Below are positions 60,772 through 64,000 of a stretch of DNA of 64,000 bases, piece after piece. The translations under genes and the position numbers were made by a program. Position 1 is the stretch's first letter, and every line of letters starts with the position of its first letter. This stretch comes from a virus (taxonomy: Duplodnaviria > Caudoviricetes): IMG/VR virus record IMGVR_UViG_3300028797_000093, one strand, 5' to 3'. A model generated the notes under the pieces. It did not search any database. It was given only the letters and a program-made list of their open reading frames with translations, and was not told the origin of the DNA.

Positions 60772-62361
60772 ATGAGTAATGTAACAAAACCTATTATACT
60801 AGATGAGACTGGTCAAGCTATTAGAGCTGCTATTAAAGAAGGGGCCAGTATTGTTGTAGATAAACTAACTGGTGGTAAGGGAAAGTCTAATGTCGTATAT
60901 GGTTTCCATATTGACAGTTCTGAACCCGATCCTTATGCTGCTGTTACTTATCTAAAAGATGCTGTTGGGATGACTCCAGCACGCATGAATTATCTAAATA
61001 ATAAATTTTCTTATGGATCTTGGGGTAATGTGTTCTTTATGCCTCGTCCTTGTATGGTCAAGTATGATGGTACAGTAGACTATTATCTAGATCCTAATGA
61101 TTATGAGAAAAAAGAAAATGGTGAAATGTCTGATCTTGGTGACTCTACTAAGGGTTATGGCATCAAGTATCAGGGAAACGCTATGATGGAATGGGGAAGA
61201 AATGAGCAACAGATCTGGACTAAGGTTCTTCCTGATTCCAGTGATCCCTATTCTGGTTCTGTATTCATCTCAAATAAACAGATGGATGAAAACTATGTAG
61301 CATGGCCTTTCATTAATAATCAGGGTGCTCTTGTAGATCACTTTTATACTCCAATCTATAATGGCTCTCTGACTGCTTATAAATCTGATTCTAATACTTA
61401 TTATAGACTAAGATCTATTCCACGTAGACCTGTAATGAACTCTCCCGGTAATAACTCTTATGATATTCCCTGGGATGATGATACTGCAGATACTCCTACA
61501 AGCTTTGCTACTCTAACTCAGGCTGGACATGAGGTAAATCTTGCTCTTAATAACAATCCTGGGTTGAATATTACATTTAGTTCTACATATCCTAATGAAA
61601 CTTACTTTACCACCAATAGAGCTTCCATTGGTTGGTTTACTGAAGTTTATGCTGATATTCAGCTTATTAATAACCTCCTGGTACTTATTGGTAAGTCCCT
61701 TAATACTCAGGAAGTTTTTGGTAATGGTAATATGAATGGTAATGGAGCAACCAGTTATTTAAATAATGGTGTTCTTTATACTGGATCTCATGAATATACA
61801 GCAGATGGACCAAATTATTCTAGTCTGAATAAATCTGGTCTTTTCTGGGGATCTAATGGTAATAAATATGCAGTTAAAGTATTTGGTATGGAAAACTGGT
61901 GGGGTAACCAATGGAGGCGGTATGCTGGACACATTGGCGATACATCTACAAATACAAATACTTACAATCATTTTATTAAGAATACTTTCGGTACTGAAGA
62001 TGGATCAACCGTTGTAGGATATAGTACTGCTAAAACAGGATATATAGATACCTTGTGTGAAACTGTACAAGGGTCTAAGTATATTAGAGCTAATAAATTT
62101 ATTAATAGTGTAACTGTAGGAGGAAAAACCTACAGAATAGCTAATTCTTTGGCGAGTAACAACTCCCTGTCAGGGGACGTTGGTTCGAGTTCTTTTTATT
62201 GTGATTATTTTGCTCAAAGTAGTGGTAGTCATTATGCTATTCGTGGTGGTTATTCTACCTATGGGCTCCATTGTGGTGCTTTCTTTGTTTACCTCAACGG
62301 CAACTCTGGTGTTGCCAACTGGGACATTGGCGCCGCCCTATCATTTAAACCAGTATCCTAA
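60772..62361 (+). CDS. DGR target protein 2 (paralog)
   Basis: 529 aa, paralog of target 1, carries VR2. Confidence 0.85.
   Translation: MSNVTKPIILDETGQAIRAAIKEGASIVVDKLTGGKGKSNVVYGFHIDSSEPDPYAAVTYLKDAVGMTPARMNYLNNKFSYGSWGNVFFMPRPCMVKYDGTVDYYLDPNDYEKKENGEMSDLGDSTKGYGIKYQGNAMMEWGRNEQQIWTKVLPDSSDPYSGSVFISNKQMDENYVAWPFINNQGALVDHFYTPIYNGSLTAYKSDSNTYYRLRSIPRRPVMNSPGNNSYDIPWDDDTADTPTSFATLTQAGHEVNLALNNNPGLNITFSSTYPNETYFTTNRASIGWFTEVYADIQLINNLLVLIGKSLNTQEVFGNGNMNGNGATSYLNNGVLYTGSHEYTADGPNYSSLNKSGLFWGSNGNKYAVKVFGMENWWGNQWRRYAGHIGDTSTNTNTYNHFIKNTFGTEDGSTVVGYSTAKTGYIDTLCETVQGSKYIRANKFINSVTVGGKTYRIANSLASNNSLSGDVGSSSFYCDYFAQSSGSHYAIRGGYSTYGLHCGAFFVYLNGNSGVANWDIGAALSFKPVS
62236..62339 (+). repeat. Variable repeat VR2
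   Basis: 14 mismatches to TR, all at TR adenines. Confidence 0.96.
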
Positions 62362-62371
62362 AGAGGGTGAA

Positions 62372-62411
62372 TTCGCGCACATGCGCGAAGAGGGGGAAGA
62401 CCGTTCCCCCT
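62372..62411 (+). promoter_or_regulatory. Post-VR double hairpin, second copy
   Basis: Identical to 60525-60564. Confidence 0.75.
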
Positions 62412-62542
62412 AAAACGACAAACAGTTTGTAATTCCATTCATTTGTATAGGATTACGAATTTTACCCTTATTTTTAGTGATTTTTAAATAATATAAAAAT
62501 ACGTTAAAATTTGTGAAAAAGGAGGTTCCTTAAGAATATAGT

Positions 62543-64000
62543 ATGAGTAATGTAACAAAACCTATTATACTAGATGAGACTGGTCAAGCTATTAGAGCTG
62601 CTATTAAAGAAGGCTATAGTATGATAGCAGAAAAAATTAGCCCATCCGGTCCTGTATATGGTATAGAGTATGGATTCCATATTAGTAGCACGGAAGCAGA
62701 TCCTTATGCTGCTGTTACTTATCTGAAGGACGCAGTAGGAATGACTCCTGCTAAAATGAATTATCTAAATAATAAATTTTCTTATGGATCTTGGGAAGAT
62801 GTTTTCTTCATGCCAAAACCTTGTATGGTCAAATATGATGGCACTGTAGATTATTATCTAGATCCCAATGATTATGATAAAAAAGAAGATGGTAGTATTT
62901 CCGATATTGGAGATTCTACTAAAGGATATGGTATTAAATATCCTGGCAATGCTATGATGGAATGGGGATCTGATGGTCAGCAAATTTGGACTAAAGTATT
63001 GCCTGATGCTAACGATCCTTACTCTGGATCTGTTTATATTTCTAATAAACAGATGGATGAAAACTATGTAGCGTGGCCTTTCATTAATAATCAGGGAAGA
63101 TTGGTCGATCATTTTTATACTCCAATCTATAATGGTTCTCTGACTGCTTATACTTATAATGCTACAACATACTATAGATTAAGATCTATCCCCAGGAGGC
63201 CTGTAATGAATTCTCCTGGAGATAATGCATATGATATTCCATGGGATGATGATACAGAGGATTCTCCCACCAATTTGGGATCTACTCTTACTAGAGCTTC
63301 TCATGAAGTAATCTTTGCATTGAATAATAATCCTGATATTAATCAGGCATCTAGTACTACTTATCCTGATAATACTTTCATGGCTACCAATAGATCTTCT
63401 ATCGGTTGGTTTACTGAAGTTTATTGTGATATTCAATTGATTAATAATCTTCTTGTATTGATTGGTAAATCTCTCAATACACAGGAGATCTTTGGTAATG
63501 GTAATATGAATGGTAATGGAGCTACTCATTATCTCAATAATGGTGTCCTCTATACTGGTTCTTCTGAGTATACTGCTGATGGTCCTAACTATTCTACTCT
63601 TAACAAGTCTGGATTGTTTTGGGGTTCTAATGGAAACAAGCAAGCTGTAAAAGTATTTGGTATGGAAAACTGGTGGGGTAATCAGTGGCGTCGTTATGCG
63701 GGTCATATTGGAGATACTTCCACTAACACTAGTACATATAATCATTTCATTAAAAATACCTTTGGAACAGAAGATGGTAGTACTGTAATTGGTTACGGAA
63801 CAGCTAAGACTGGTTACATTGATACTCTTTGTGAGACTGTACAAGGGTCTAAGTATATTAGAGCTAATAAATTTATTAATAGCGTAACTGTAGGAGGTAA
63901 AACCTACAGAATAGCTAATTCTTTAGCGAGTAACAACTCCCTACCAGGTACTGTAGGGAGTGGGAGCTATTATTGTGATTATTTTTCTCAAAGTAGTGGT
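62543..64000 (+). CDS. DGR target protein 3 (paralog, truncated by the window end just before its VR)
   Basis: Start region identical to target 2; open to the window end, finishing YCDYFSQSSG; missing from the ORF track because it has no stop. Confidence 0.85.
   Translation, partial: MSNVTKPIILDETGQAIRAAIKEGYSMIAEKISPSGPVYGIEYGFHISSTEADPYAAVTYLKDAVGMTPAKMNYLNNKFSYGSWEDVFFMPKPCMVKYDGTVDYYLDPNDYDKKEDGSISDIGDSTKGYGIKYPGNAMMEWGSDGQQIWTKVLPDANDPYSGSVYISNKQMDENYVAWPFINNQGRLVDHFYTPIYNGSLTAYTYNATTYYRLRSIPRRPVMNSPGDNAYDIPWDDDTEDSPTNLGSTLTRASHEVIFALNNNPDINQASSTTYPDNTFMATNRSSIGWFTEVYCDIQLINNLLVLIGKSLNTQEIFGNGNMNGNGATHYLNNGVLYTGSSEYTADGPNYSTLNKSGLFWGSNGNKQAVKVFGMENWWGNQWRRYAGHIGDTSTNTSTYNHFIKNTFGTEDGSTVIGYGTAKTGYIDTLCETVQGSKYIRANKFINSVTVGGKTYRIANSLASNNSLPGTVGSGSYYCDYFSQSSG

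Larger units (their letters stand above)
56713..64000 (+). mobile_element. Diversity-generating retroelement locus (TR, RT and three target genes)
   Basis: TR/VR pairs with adenine-only mismatches, DGR RT, hairpins after the VRs. Confidence 0.93.

Noticed and set aside
59591-63844. Minus-strand ORFs 59591-60139, 61759-61971, 62858-63112 and 63179-63844
   Set aside because: Antisense shadows of the DGR target genes.
1-64000. Window is a circular element because 19-54 matches 63965-64000
   Set aside because: The match is only the shared cassette arm; the upstream flanks differ and many essential phage genes are missing.

Overview
AT-rich segment of a jumbo tailed-phage genome, most like the AR9/PBS1-type phages that encode their own RNA polymerase; the host is probably a Bacillota member (inference). 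Core genes: primase, portal, the N-terminal half of a split family-B DNA polymerase, a sigma-like non-virion RNAP subunit interrupted by a 334-nt group I intron, terminase large subunit, SF2, SF1B and DnaB helicases, Rad50- and Mre11-like proteins, a PD-(D/E)XK nuclease and tRNA-Gln(TTG). The right end holds a diversity-generating retroelement (DGR): a template repeat TR (57140-57243), a DGR reverse transcriptase (57487-58746) and three tandem paralogous CLec/Mtd-like target genes. The two visible variable repeats differ from TR only at adenines. The most unusual feature is four dispersed tandem arrays (1-344, 16994-17769, 48549-49161, 55585-55879) holding 13 complete and 1 truncated start-less copies of the 3' ~140-160 bp of the DGR target genes. 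Each carries a different diversified VR between constant flanks. This looks like a silent library or archive of DGR-diversified receptor-binding tips, probably made from more than one TR. Other observations: several ORF-less promoter-to-terminator units rich in anti-Shine-Dalgarno sequence, a ~450-nt structured RNA candidate, and a recurrent terminal (L/I)(I/V)(D/N)PL peptide on many DNA/RNA-metabolism proteins. All alignments and counts were done by eye; no database searches were run.
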